A DNA stretch of 32,000 nucleotides from Paludibacteraceae bacterium (GTDB lineage: Bacteria; Bacteroidota; Bacteroidia; Bacteroidales; Paludibacteraceae): NCBI GenBank assembly GCA_963663245.1, contig OY760143.1:858455-890454 (forward strand), written 5' to 3'. Shown here piece by piece: positions 15,401 to 23,314 of the stretch (position 1 is its first letter; each line of letters opens with the position of its first letter). Below the pieces are notes generated by a model that did no database searches, was not told the origin of the DNA, and worked only from the letters and a program-made list of their open reading frames with translations. The position numbers were made by a program, and so were the translations under genes.

Positions 15401-15886
15401 ATGAGTCAACCGAATTTAAAAGCATCGTATATTATTTACCCAGACAAAAAACTTATCATAGAAGCTTTTAGTGGTGTTTTGACTTTACGAACTTTTATTG
15501 CCTATAAGACAAAACAATCTAAGGATAAAAATTTCTGTTCGGATTACAATAATATTCTTGATTTGAGATCTCTTTCAATTATTGATGCTACTATTGATCA
15601 AATTAAAGACTATCTAAACTTTCTTATTGAAAGTAATATGGTTGGTGAAAGGAGAAATGCTATTTTGGTAGGTACGCATAATCAACAAGTGTATGCTTCT
15701 GTTTTTGATAAACTTCATGCTGGCAATAAAACAGCACAAGTCTTAAGTGTATTTGTAGATATAAATGCAGCTGTCGCTTTTCTTGAAAGAGAAATATCTG
15801 TAGAAGAAGTTCTTAAAGTCTTAGATTTTCTTAAGAGTAATCCAACTGAATATTCAGATCGAGAAATAGATAAGTTGAAGTATTAG
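15401..15886 (+). CDS. Hypothetical protein, possibly a stand-alone STAS/SpoIIAA-like fold
   Basis: 161 aa, soluble. The pattern YIIYPDKKLIIEAFSGVLT ... ILDLRSLSI ... RRNAILVG ... FVDINAAVAFL resembles STAS-like domains often found N-terminal to Bacteroidetes sensor kinases. This is weak pattern recognition only. Confidence 0.55.
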   Translation: MSQPNLKASYIIYPDKKLIIEAFSGVLTLRTFIAYKTKQSKDKNFCSDYNNILDLRSLSIIDATIDQIKDYLNFLIESNMVGERRNAILVGTHNQQVYASVFDKLHAGNKTAQVLSVFVDINAAVAFLEREISVEEVLKVLDFLKSNPTEYSDREIDKLKY

Positions 15887-16797
15887 ATTTCAAAAACACT
15901 TCCATCCTCTGCAGCATAAGTTTCTTTGAAAATTTCTCTGGCTTCTTTTTGAATTGTTTCTGAATTTCTATAGCGAGCCGAATAATGTCCCACAACTAAT
16001 TTTTTTATATTTGCTGTTTGAGCAATTTTAGCTGCTTGTTTAGCTGTGCTATGGTAGGTTTCCTTTGCTCTTTCTTTTTCTTCTTCTGCAAAAGTAGCTT
16101 CGTGGTATAATAAATCTACATTTTCGATTATCGGTATTATTTTTTCTATAGGCATGGTGTCAGAACAAAAAGCAAAGCTTTTAGTCTTTTCTGGATCAAG
16201 AGTGATTTCTTTATTTGGTACTATTTTTCCAGTAGGTAATTCTAAATCAGCTCCTTTTTTTATTAAGTGTCTTTTTTTGATTGGGATATTGTAGAATTCA
16301 GCTTTCTCTTTTATTAGTGATCGTTCTTTTTCTTTTTCTTCAAATAAAAAACCGCAACAAGGTATTCCGTGCTTTAGAGGTATGCTTGATACTTTTAATG
16401 ATTTGTCTTCAAAAACAACTTCATTTTTTCGAGGGTTGATATGATTAAATACAACTTTAAAAGACATATCTTTCGTAAAATAATCAATTTGCGGCTGTAA
16501 TAATTTTTCTAAATCGGCATGAGCATGAATATATAAATTCTCTTTTCTATTCATCATTGCCATAGTACTAATAAAGCCAATCAGTCCAAAGCAGTGGTCA
16601 CCGTGTAAGTGTGTGATGAAAATATGATTTAATTTAGCCGTGCGAATTTTATACTGGCGTAGTTTTATTTGTGAACCTTCACCACAATCAATCATGAAGT
16701 TCTTTTCACCAATACTTAGAATGTGAGAGGTATTATATCTTTTTTCTGTTGGTAGTGCAGAACCAGACCCTAAAACTGTAAGTTTCATCTTTGCCAT
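15883..16797 (-). CDS. rnz: Ribonuclease Z (tRNA 3' endonuclease, MBL fold)
   Basis: Track ORF extends to 16938. I prefer ATG 16797 (MAKMKLTVLGSGSALPT...), giving 304 aa (RNase Z size); the ATG at 16788 (MKLTVLGSG...) is an alternative start. This removes the overlap with the divergent gene. It has the HxHxDH motif ITHLHGDHCFG and the C-terminal motif VVGHYSARY. Confidence 0.9.
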   Translation of the reverse strand: MAKMKLTVLGSGSALPTEKRYNTSHILSIGEKNFMIDCGEGSQIKLRQYKIRTAKLNHIFITHLHGDHCFGLIGFISTMAMMNRKENLYIHAHADLEKLLQPQIDYFTKDMSFKVVFNHINPRKNEVVFEDKSLKVSSIPLKHGIPCCGFLFEEKEKERSLIKEKAEFYNIPIKKRHLIKKGADLELPTGKIVPNKEITLDPEKTKSFAFCSDTMPIEKIIPIIENVDLLYHEATFAEEEKERAKETYHSTAKQAAKIAQTANIKKLVVGHYSARYRNSETIQKEAREIFKETYAAEDGSVFEI

Positions 16798-16922
16798 GTT
16801 CAAAGATATAGTTTCATTTGTGATTTTCCTAAAAACAATATGGTTCAAATGCATAATTATATTGTTCGTTTTTAGTATTTTTGTATTAATGTAGACAGTA
16901 TAACCTTGAATCTTTATTTGTA

Positions 16923-17927
16923 ATGGCAGTAGACTCAAAAAAAAAATTCAACGCGCTAGTTGTTGAAGAGATGAATGGTGGTTATGTGCGAAGTATTCGA
17001 ACTCGTATTATTAAGGATTTGCCTGATAATGAATTATTAGTGCGTGTATATTACTCTTCTCTAAATTATAAAGATGCACTCTCAGCAACTGGTAATAAGG
17101 GTGTTACTAAAAAATACCCTCATACACCTGGTATAGACTCTGTTGGTGTAGTTGAACATTCTAAAGTAAAAGCATTTAAGAATGGTGACCATGTAATTGT
17201 TACCAGTTACGATTTAGGAATGAATACACCAGGGGGGTTTGGTGAATATATTCGTGTGCCAGCTTCATGGGCTGTTAAATTGCCAGAGGGTTTAGGTATG
17301 AAAGAGAGCATGATTATTGGGACTGCCGGTTTTACAGCTGCAACATGTATTCATAAAATAACGGAACAAATTAAACCATCTAACGGACAGGTGATTGTTT
17401 CTGGAGCAAGTGGAGGAGTAGGTTCTATGAGTATTGCTTTGTTGCACCAGCTTGGTTATGAGGTGGTAGCAATTTCGGGTAAAACAAAAGAAAATGATTA
17501 TTTACATCAGCTTGGTGCATCAAAGGTTATTTCACGAATTGACTTTCAAGATAGAGAACTACGACCAATGCTTTCAGCTAAATATGCTGCTGGAATAGAT
17601 ACAGTTGGAGGTGCTATTTTAGAGAATATTATTAAGTCAGTGTTGCCATTTGGAGTTGTTGCGTGTTGCGGAAATGTTGCGTCGCCAGGACTTAATTTAA
17701 CGGTTTATCCATTTATTTTACGAGGGATTTCATTAATAGGAGTGTCTACTCAAAATTATCCTATGGATCAACGTAAAATTATATGGGAAAAGCTTGCAAC
17801 TGACTGGAAATTAAATAATTTGACTGGTTTGTGTAATGAAATAACTATAGATCAATTGAATGATAGCATTGTCGCTATTTTAGATGGAAATCTAAAAGGA
17901 AGAACGATCGTAAAAATGATTAGTTGA
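16923..17927 (+). CDS. YhdH/YhfP-family NADPH:quinone (acrylyl-CoA-type) oxidoreductase, MDR superfamily
   Basis: 334 aa with YSSLNYKDALSATG, HTPGIDSVG and the cofactor loop SGASGGVGS. There are no zinc-ligand cysteines. Confidence 0.88.
   Translation: MAVDSKKKFNALVVEEMNGGYVRSIRTRIIKDLPDNELLVRVYYSSLNYKDALSATGNKGVTKKYPHTPGIDSVGVVEHSKVKAFKNGDHVIVTSYDLGMNTPGGFGEYIRVPASWAVKLPEGLGMKESMIIGTAGFTAATCIHKITEQIKPSNGQVIVSGASGGVGSMSIALLHQLGYEVVAISGKTKENDYLHQLGASKVISRIDFQDRELRPMLSAKYAAGIDTVGGAILENIIKSVLPFGVVACCGNVASPGLNLTVYPFILRGISLIGVSTQNYPMDQRKIIWEKLATDWKLNNLTGLCNEITIDQLNDSIVAILDGNLKGRTIVKMIS
16937..16946 (+). repeat. A10 homopolymer inside codons 5-8 of the oxidoreductase gene
   Basis: Read directly: ATG GCA GTA GAC TCA AAA AAA AAA TTC. 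It is the longest coding homopolymer I noticed in the window. Confidence 0.9.
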
Positions 17928-17969
17928 TAACTTCTTCTTTGAAAAAATACCTTTGGCACAATTTTATCA

Positions 17970-17977
17970 TATTTTTG
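17970..17977 (+). promoter_or_regulatory. Candidate -7 promoter box (TATTTTTG)
   Basis: Exact TAnnTTTG ending 28 nt upstream of the ATG at 18006. A second exact box, TACCTTTG, lies at 17948..17955. Confidence 0.35.
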
Positions 17978-18005
17978 CGGTAGAAATACAGTAAAAGAAT
18001 TTATT

Positions 18006-18737
18006 ATGAGATATCTAAAATTACTATCACTACTACTTTTTGTAGTTTTTCAATTCGTAACTGCACAAGATAAACATGCTGAGGCAGAGCAAATTTTCAA
18101 AAAATACTTAGTTAAGGAAGAACGTACAGTTGCTAAAATGATTATCAACTTGGACGACAGTGTTTATGTTTATTATTGTAAAGGAGTAATGGCCGACAAT
18201 AAAAAGGATAAAATTAAAAATTTTATGAGGTTTATTTCTCTTCAGCCTAAGTATGGTGCTGCTAGAGCATTTTTAAACCTAGGGTTATTATATGCAGATA
18301 CCAATAAAAAAGATTCAGCTCTTTTTTATTATAATATTGCTCATTTAAAAGATTCAACACTTATTAATACATATATCCATAGAGGAGATTTGTTATTTTC
18401 TATGGAGCGTTGTGATGAGGCTACAAAAGATTTTAATATGATTATTAAAATGTTGCCTGATTACGAAGAAGCATATTTGTTAAGAGGTATTTGTAAAATG
18501 AATGCTAAAAATTTAGAACATGCTTTAGCTGATTTTAATAAAGTAATTGAATTAAACCCAAGCAATTCTCAAGCATATATGATGAGAGGAGTTGTATATA
18601 GAGATCAGAAAGATTATTTGATTGCAATAGAGAATTGGAAAAAAGCGAAAAAGATTAGTCCTGTTAATGAAAAAGTGGCTAATATGATGATAAAAGAGGT
18701 AAAAGCTTTAATAAAAGCAGAGAAAAAGAAAAGATAG
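18006..18737 (+). CDS. Secreted tetratricopeptide-repeat protein
   Basis: 243 aa with a signal peptide (LLSLLLFVVFQFVTAQ) and TPR-like repeats (AYLLRGICKMNAKNLEHALADFNKVIELNPSNSQAYMMRGVVYRDQKDYLIAIENWKKAKKISP). Confidence 0.85.
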   Translation: MRYLKLLSLLLFVVFQFVTAQDKHAEAEQIFKKYLVKEERTVAKMIINLDDSVYVYYCKGVMADNKKDKIKNFMRFISLQPKYGAARAFLNLGLLYADTNKKDSALFYYNIAHLKDSTLINTYIHRGDLLFSMERCDEATKDFNMIIKMLPDYEEAYLLRGICKMNAKNLEHALADFNKVIELNPSNSQAYMMRGVVYRDQKDYLIAIENWKKAKKISPVNEKVANMMIKEVKALIKAEKKKR

Positions 18738-18756
18738 AATATTGATTAAGCTTTAT

Positions 18757-18799
18757 AAAAAAGAAGGCGTGCAATTTTTTTGCATGCCTTCTTTTTTAT
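18757..18799 (+). terminator. Rho-independent terminator
   Basis: 13-bp stem AAGAAGGCGTGCA (18761..18773) / TGCATGCCTTCTT (18781..18793) with one G-U pair, followed by a T-run. Confidence 0.85.
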
Positions 18800-18803
18800 T
18801 TTT

Positions 18804-18870
18804 CAATTAACCATTTGGTTAGTTGAAAAATAAATACTTAATTTGTCATGCGGTTTAACCAAAAGGTTAA
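18804..18870 (+). promoter_or_regulatory. Two TTAACC-N4-GGTTA palindromes (candidate TetR operators) bracketing a candidate promoter
   Basis: Site 1 is CAATTAACC-ATTT-GGTTAGTTG (18804..18825; 8 of 9 arm matches). Site 2 is TTAACC-AAAA-GGTTAA (18855..18870; perfect). Centres are 48 bp apart. TTTG (18814..18817, inside the site 1 spacer) is followed by 20 nt, then TTAATTTG (18838..18845), then 28 nt to the ATG at 18874. Confidence 0.5.
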
Positions 18871-18873
18871 TTT

Positions 18874-19470
18874 ATGAATGTGGAAATTAATACAGAAAGG
18901 AAAATTCTTGTAGCGGCACGTAAAGTCTTTTTGCGTAAAGGTATGGATGGATCTAGGATGCAAGAAATTGCAGATGAAGCAAATATTAATAAAGCTTTAT
19001 TACATTACTATTATCGTAGTAAAAATAAACTTTTTGAAGCTGTTTTCTCTGAAATATTTATGGGCTTTTTTGGGGAAGTTAGTATGGTCCTTCTATCAGA
19101 TTCACCTATAAGAGAAAAAGTTATTCTTTTCGTAGATACTTATATGGATGTGTTGTCTGAAAATCCATTTGTTCCTCAATTTATAATTAACGAAATCAAT
19201 AGAGATCCTTCTATGATGAAAGAGTTAATGAAAAATGCAGGATTCAATCCTCAAGTATTAGTTAAGATGTTTGAATCTCAGTTTAAAAAATCGAATGTTG
19301 ATATTCGACATTTTATTGTAAGTATATTAGGGCTTTGTATATTTCCATTTGCTGCCCGTCCTCTTATGGAGACAATCTATTTTGATAGTGAAGAACAAGC
19401 CTACTCTAAGTTTCTTTCAGAGAGAAGAGAATTTGTAAAAGTTATGATGTTAAAATTTATAGAAGAATGA
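18874..19470 (+). CDS. TetR/AcrR family transcriptional regulator
   Basis: 198 aa with an N-terminal HTH (RKGMDGSRMQEIADEANINKALLHYYYRSKNKLF). Its ATGA overlaps the next gene. Confidence 0.9.
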   Translation: MNVEINTERKILVAARKVFLRKGMDGSRMQEIADEANINKALLHYYYRSKNKLFEAVFSEIFMGFFGEVSMVLLSDSPIREKVILFVDTYMDVLSENPFVPQFIINEINRDPSMMKELMKNAGFNPQVLVKMFESQFKKSNVDIRHFIVSILGLCIFPFAARPLMETIYFDSEEQAYSKFLSERREFVKVMMLKFIEE

Positions 19471-20726
19471 AAAAAGGATTAACTCTTTTGTTTGTTGTTA
19501 TTTTAGGAATGACAATGTCAGCACAAGGACTTACATTGGATAGTTGTCAGGTTCTAGCGAGAGAGAACCACCCGCAGCTAAAACAAGCTGGTGTAATTGA
19601 AGAATTGTATCTGTTGCAAAGAAAAAGTATTGGAGCTTCTAATTTGCCACAGATTGATTTTGTTGGAAGAGCATCTTATCAATCAGATGTAGTTGAAATT
19701 AATTTACCAATTCCAGGGTTTGCCAATACAGAATTCTCTAAAGATCAATATCGTGTTTACATTGATGTAAAGCAAAAGATATATGATTTTGGTATGACTA
19801 GGAAGCGTAAAAATGTGCAATTAGTAGACTTTAAAATAAATATACAGCAGAATGAAGTTGATCTATATAAGATAAAAGAATTAGTTAACTCTTTGTATTT
19901 TAATGCGTTAGCTCTTCAGCAAAACAATCAAATTTTAATGCTTAAAAGACAAGTTGTTGAAGAACGTATAAAGCAATTGGAGTCAGCAGTTAAGAATGGA
20001 ATGTTATTGCCTAATGAGCTTGATAATCTTAGGGCTGAGAGTTTACTAACAGATCAGCAACAAATGGAGTTGCTAATGAATAAGAATACAACGTTCTCTT
20101 TGTTGGGAATCTTAATTGGACATGATATTTCAGAAGAAACAGTAATTACATTTCCTAAGCCTAAAGGAGTATTACCTAGTTTAGATATTAAGCGACCTGA
20201 AATAGGCTTGTTCCTTTTGGAAAAAAACAAAATGGATCAAAGTGAAATGTTACTAAATACAAAACGCTTACCTTATGTTTATGCATTTGCTCAAGCAGGT
20301 TATGGAAGACCCGGTTTAAATATGCTAAATAATGCTTTTGACGATTGGTATTTAGGTGGATTAGGTTTTGCTTGGAATTTATGGGATGGAAATAAAATCA
20401 AGAATGATAAAAAAGTATTAAAAGTTAAAAAGAGGACTGTTGATATAGCAAAAGAGAACTTTGAACGAGCCATTAAAATGTCTTTGACAAGAGAGCTTAA
20501 TAATATTAAGAAACTAGAGAATATGCTAATAGTAGATAATGAATTGGTCGAATTAAAACAGAAAATCGTAAAACGATCAGCGTCTGCTTTGGATAATGGG
20601 GTGATAAATTCAGCTGATTATATACGAGACCTAAATGCTGCTTTTCAAGCTCAGGCAATATATCAAATACATAGATTGCAATTAATACAGGCGAAAGTAA
20701 ACTATCATACTATTAAAGGAGAGTAA
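19467..20726 (+). CDS. TolC-family outer-membrane efflux protein
   Basis: 419 aa with a signal peptide and a two-fold repeated helical/beta OEP pattern. It sits first in the efflux operon. Confidence 0.85.
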   Translation: MKKGLTLLFVVILGMTMSAQGLTLDSCQVLARENHPQLKQAGVIEELYLLQRKSIGASNLPQIDFVGRASYQSDVVEINLPIPGFANTEFSKDQYRVYIDVKQKIYDFGMTRKRKNVQLVDFKINIQQNEVDLYKIKELVNSLYFNALALQQNNQILMLKRQVVEERIKQLESAVKNGMLLPNELDNLRAESLLTDQQQMELLMNKNTTFSLLGILIGHDISEETVITFPKPKGVLPSLDIKRPEIGLFLLEKNKMDQSEMLLNTKRLPYVYAFAQAGYGRPGLNMLNNAFDDWYLGGLGFAWNLWDGNKIKNDKKVLKVKKRTVDIAKENFERAIKMSLTRELNNIKKLENMLIVDNELVELKQKIVKRSASALDNGVINSADYIRDLNAAFQAQAIYQIHRLQLIQAKVNYHTIKGE

Positions 20727-20762
20727 GAAATTCAAAGTGAAAAACTATAAATTATTAATGAT

Positions 20763-21641
20763 ATGAAAAAAATACTTATACTAATAATAGCTGTTGTTGC
20801 ATTGTCAGCATGTGCTGGTACCAAGAATGAAGCAGATGCTTTTGGAAATTTTGAGTCAGATGAAATTGTAATCTCATCTGAAAATAACGGACGTATAATA
20901 TCTGCAAGTGTTGCAGAGGGAGACAAGGTGCAAGTTAATGCTCTTATGCTTTTAATTGATACAACTAATCTGAGTCTTCAAAAGAGACAGTTAATCTCTC
21001 AGAAGACTTCAATATTGTCACAATCAAGTACAATACAAGCACAGATTTCAGTTTTAGATCAGCAAATCTCTAATGCAAATAAAGATTTAAAACGAATAAA
21101 TAAGATGTTGTCTGAGGGGGCTGCTACGGCAAAACAATTAGATGATATTACAGGACAAATAGATTTGGTGAATAGGGAAAAAGAAGCCTCTATTTCTCAA
21201 GTAATTTCTATTCAAAAACAAGCTGAGACAGTTGATGCTCAGATTACAGTGCTAGAGGACAGAATGCAAGCTGCTGTTGTACGTGCACCAATAAAAGGAA
21301 CTGTGTTAGAACGTTATGGTGAGCCAGGTGAATTAGCTGTGCCAGGAAAAGCCTTGTTTAAAATGGCTAATGTAGAATTTCTAAATTTACGTGTGTATAT
21401 AAGTGAAACACAACTTTCTCAAGTTAAGTTGGGGCAAACTGTTAGAGTGCTAATCGATAATGGAGATGATAGCAAAGAGTTGAAAGGGAAGATTCAATGG
21501 ATAGCTTCAGAAGCTGAATTTACACCAAAAATTATTCAAACCAAAGAAGAGAGAGTTAAATTAGTGTATGCTGTTAAAGTACGGGTTGCTAATGATGGAA
21601 GTCTAAAAATAGGGATGCCAGGTGAAGTGGTATTTAAGTAA
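20763..21641 (+). CDS. HlyD-family periplasmic adaptor lipoprotein (YbhG-like)
   Basis: 292 aa with a lipobox VALSACAG, a biotinyl-lipoyl-like start (GRIISASVAEGDKVQ), a long Q/S-rich coiled coil, and a beta-barrel end (PGMPGEVVF). Confidence 0.88.
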   Translation: MKKILILIIAVVALSACAGTKNEADAFGNFESDEIVISSENNGRIISASVAEGDKVQVNALMLLIDTTNLSLQKRQLISQKTSILSQSSTIQAQISVLDQQISNANKDLKRINKMLSEGAATAKQLDDITGQIDLVNREKEASISQVISIQKQAETVDAQITVLEDRMQAAVVRAPIKGTVLERYGEPGELAVPGKALFKMANVEFLNLRVYISETQLSQVKLGQTVRVLIDNGDDSKELKGKIQWIASEAEFTPKIIQTKEERVKLVYAVKVRVANDGSLKIGMPGEVVFK

Positions 21642-21675
21642 TAATTGAATATAAATCTTTACGCTATTAAGTAGA

Positions 21676-22587
21676 ATGATTTCGATAAACAACATAAAAA
21701 AATCTTATGGTGAAGTAGAAGCTCTAAAAGGAATTTCTTTAGAGGTGAAACAAGGAGAGCTATTTGGACTTATTGGTCCAGATGGAGCTGGTAAAACTTC
21801 TATGTTGCGAATTTTAATGTCATTAATATTGCCTGATAGTGGCACTGCTCTAATGAACGGATTCGATATAGAGAAAGACTATAAAGAAGTCAGACTGCTT
21901 TCTGGATATATGCCAGGGAAATTTTCTTTGTATACTGATTTAACGGTAAAAGAAAATATGGAGTTTTTTGCTACCGTATTTGGAACAACAGTTAAAGAAA
22001 ATTATGAATTGGTGAAGGATATATATTCTCAAATAGAACCCTTTGAAAATCGACGTGCAGGTAAACTCTCTGGTGGTATGAAACAGAAGTTAGCGCTATC
22101 ATGTGCATTAATTCATAAGCCCAAAATATTAATATTAGACGAGCCAACTACAGGAGTTGATGCCGTTTCTCGTAAAGAATTTTGGGATATGCTGACTCGC
22201 CTTAAAGAACAAAACATTACAATTCTAGTTTCAACACCCTATATGGATGAGGCTAGTCTTTGTGATAGGATAGCATTAATTCAAGATGGTGAGATTTTTA
22301 ATGTTGACACACCAGAAAGAATGAAGGTAGATTTTAAGGAGGATATCTGGAGTTTAAGGTGTAATACTAGCTTGTATCAAACATCTAAAATATTGCGAGG
22401 CTTTCCAAATACAATCTCAATTAATAGTTTTGGTAGCTTTTTACATATAGTCACTCCGAAAGGGAAGGTTAAAAAAGAAGCCATAATATCATATTTAGAA
22501 GAAAATGGACAAACTGATATTCAACTCAATTCAATAAAAGCTACAATTGAAGATGTATTTATGTTATTTAAACAAGCAAAAAGCTAA
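21676..22587 (+). CDS. ABC transporter ATP-binding protein (with C-terminal extension; degenerate Q-loop and H-loop)
   Basis: 303 aa with Walker A GPDGAGKTS, signature LSGGMKQK and Walker B ILILDEP. The Q-loop position reads GYMPGKF (G instead of Q) and the H-loop reads VSTPYMDE (P instead of H). Confidence 0.9.
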   Translation: MISINNIKKSYGEVEALKGISLEVKQGELFGLIGPDGAGKTSMLRILMSLILPDSGTALMNGFDIEKDYKEVRLLSGYMPGKFSLYTDLTVKENMEFFATVFGTTVKENYELVKDIYSQIEPFENRRAGKLSGGMKQKLALSCALIHKPKILILDEPTTGVDAVSRKEFWDMLTRLKEQNITILVSTPYMDEASLCDRIALIQDGEIFNVDTPERMKVDFKEDIWSLRCNTSLYQTSKILRGFPNTISINSFGSFLHIVTPKGKVKKEAIISYLEENGQTDIQLNSIKATIEDVFMLFKQAKS

Positions 22588-22591
22588 ATAG

Positions 22592-23311
22592 ATGAAAGCA
22601 ATTGTAGTTAAAAACATGATGAAGAAGTTCGGAGATTTCATAGCGAATGATAATCTTTCTTTTGAAGTAGAGAAGGGAGAGATATTTGGTTTTCTTGGAG
22701 CAAATGGAGCAGGTAAAACTACTGCAATTAGAATACTGTGTGGATTGTCAATACCAACTTCGGGTGAGATGACTGTTGCTGGGTATGATATATATAAAGA
22801 GACCGAATTGATTAAAAATAATATTGGCTATATGAGTCAAAAATTTTCTTTGTATGATGATCTTTCAATTAATGAAAATATTCGATTCTATGGTGCTGTA
22901 TACGGTATACCCATAAATGAAAGAAAACAACGTACCGAAGCAATGCTTAAAAGATTGGAATTAACAGAATATGCTGATAGGCGCATTGCTGATTTACCCT
23001 TAGGGTGGAAACAAAAGTTGGCCTTTTCTATTGCTATTCTTCATAATCCAAGTATTGTTTTTTTGGATGAACCAACTGGAGGAGTTGATCCTGTTACTCG
23101 TAGACAATTTTGGGATTTAATATACGAGGCATCTGAGAAAGGTATTACTGTATTTGTTACAACACACTATATGGATGAGGCTGAGTATTGTAATAGAGTC
23201 TCAATTATGGATGAAGGGAGGATTGTTGCTTTAGATACACCAGAAGGGTTAAAGAAGAAGTACCATGCACATAATATGGACGAGGTGTTTTTGAAAATAG
23301 CCAGAAAATAA
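22592..23311 (+). CDS. ABC transporter ATP-binding protein (degenerate signature motif)
   Basis: 239 aa with Walker A GANGAGKTT, Q-loop YMSQKF, Walker B IVFLDEP and H-loop TTHYMDE. The signature motif reads LPLGWKQK instead of LSGGxxQ. Confidence 0.9.
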   Translation: MKAIVVKNMMKKFGDFIANDNLSFEVEKGEIFGFLGANGAGKTTAIRILCGLSIPTSGEMTVAGYDIYKETELIKNNIGYMSQKFSLYDDLSINENIRFYGAVYGIPINERKQRTEAMLKRLELTEYADRRIADLPLGWKQKLAFSIAILHNPSIVFLDEPTGGVDPVTRRQFWDLIYEASEKGITVFVTTHYMDEAEYCNRVSIMDEGRIVALDTPEGLKKKYHAHNMDEVFLKIARK

Positions 23312-23314
23312 GAA

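Noticed and set aside
15155-15409. Minus-strand ORF of 84 aa
   Set aside because: It is antisense to the 3' end of acr3 and runs through the candidate promoter of the next gene.
16798-16938. 47-codon N-terminal extension of the RNase Z ORF, overlapping the start of the divergent oxidoreductase gene
   Set aside because: Starting at ATG 16797 gives the canonical ~304-aa RNase Z beginning just before the MKLTVLGSGSALPT glycine-rich strand. The extension (MSLLPLQIKIQGYTVYINTK...) looks like translated intergenic or promoter DNA.
20732-20926. Minus-strand ORF of 64 aa
   Set aside because: It is antisense to the start of the HlyD-family gene.
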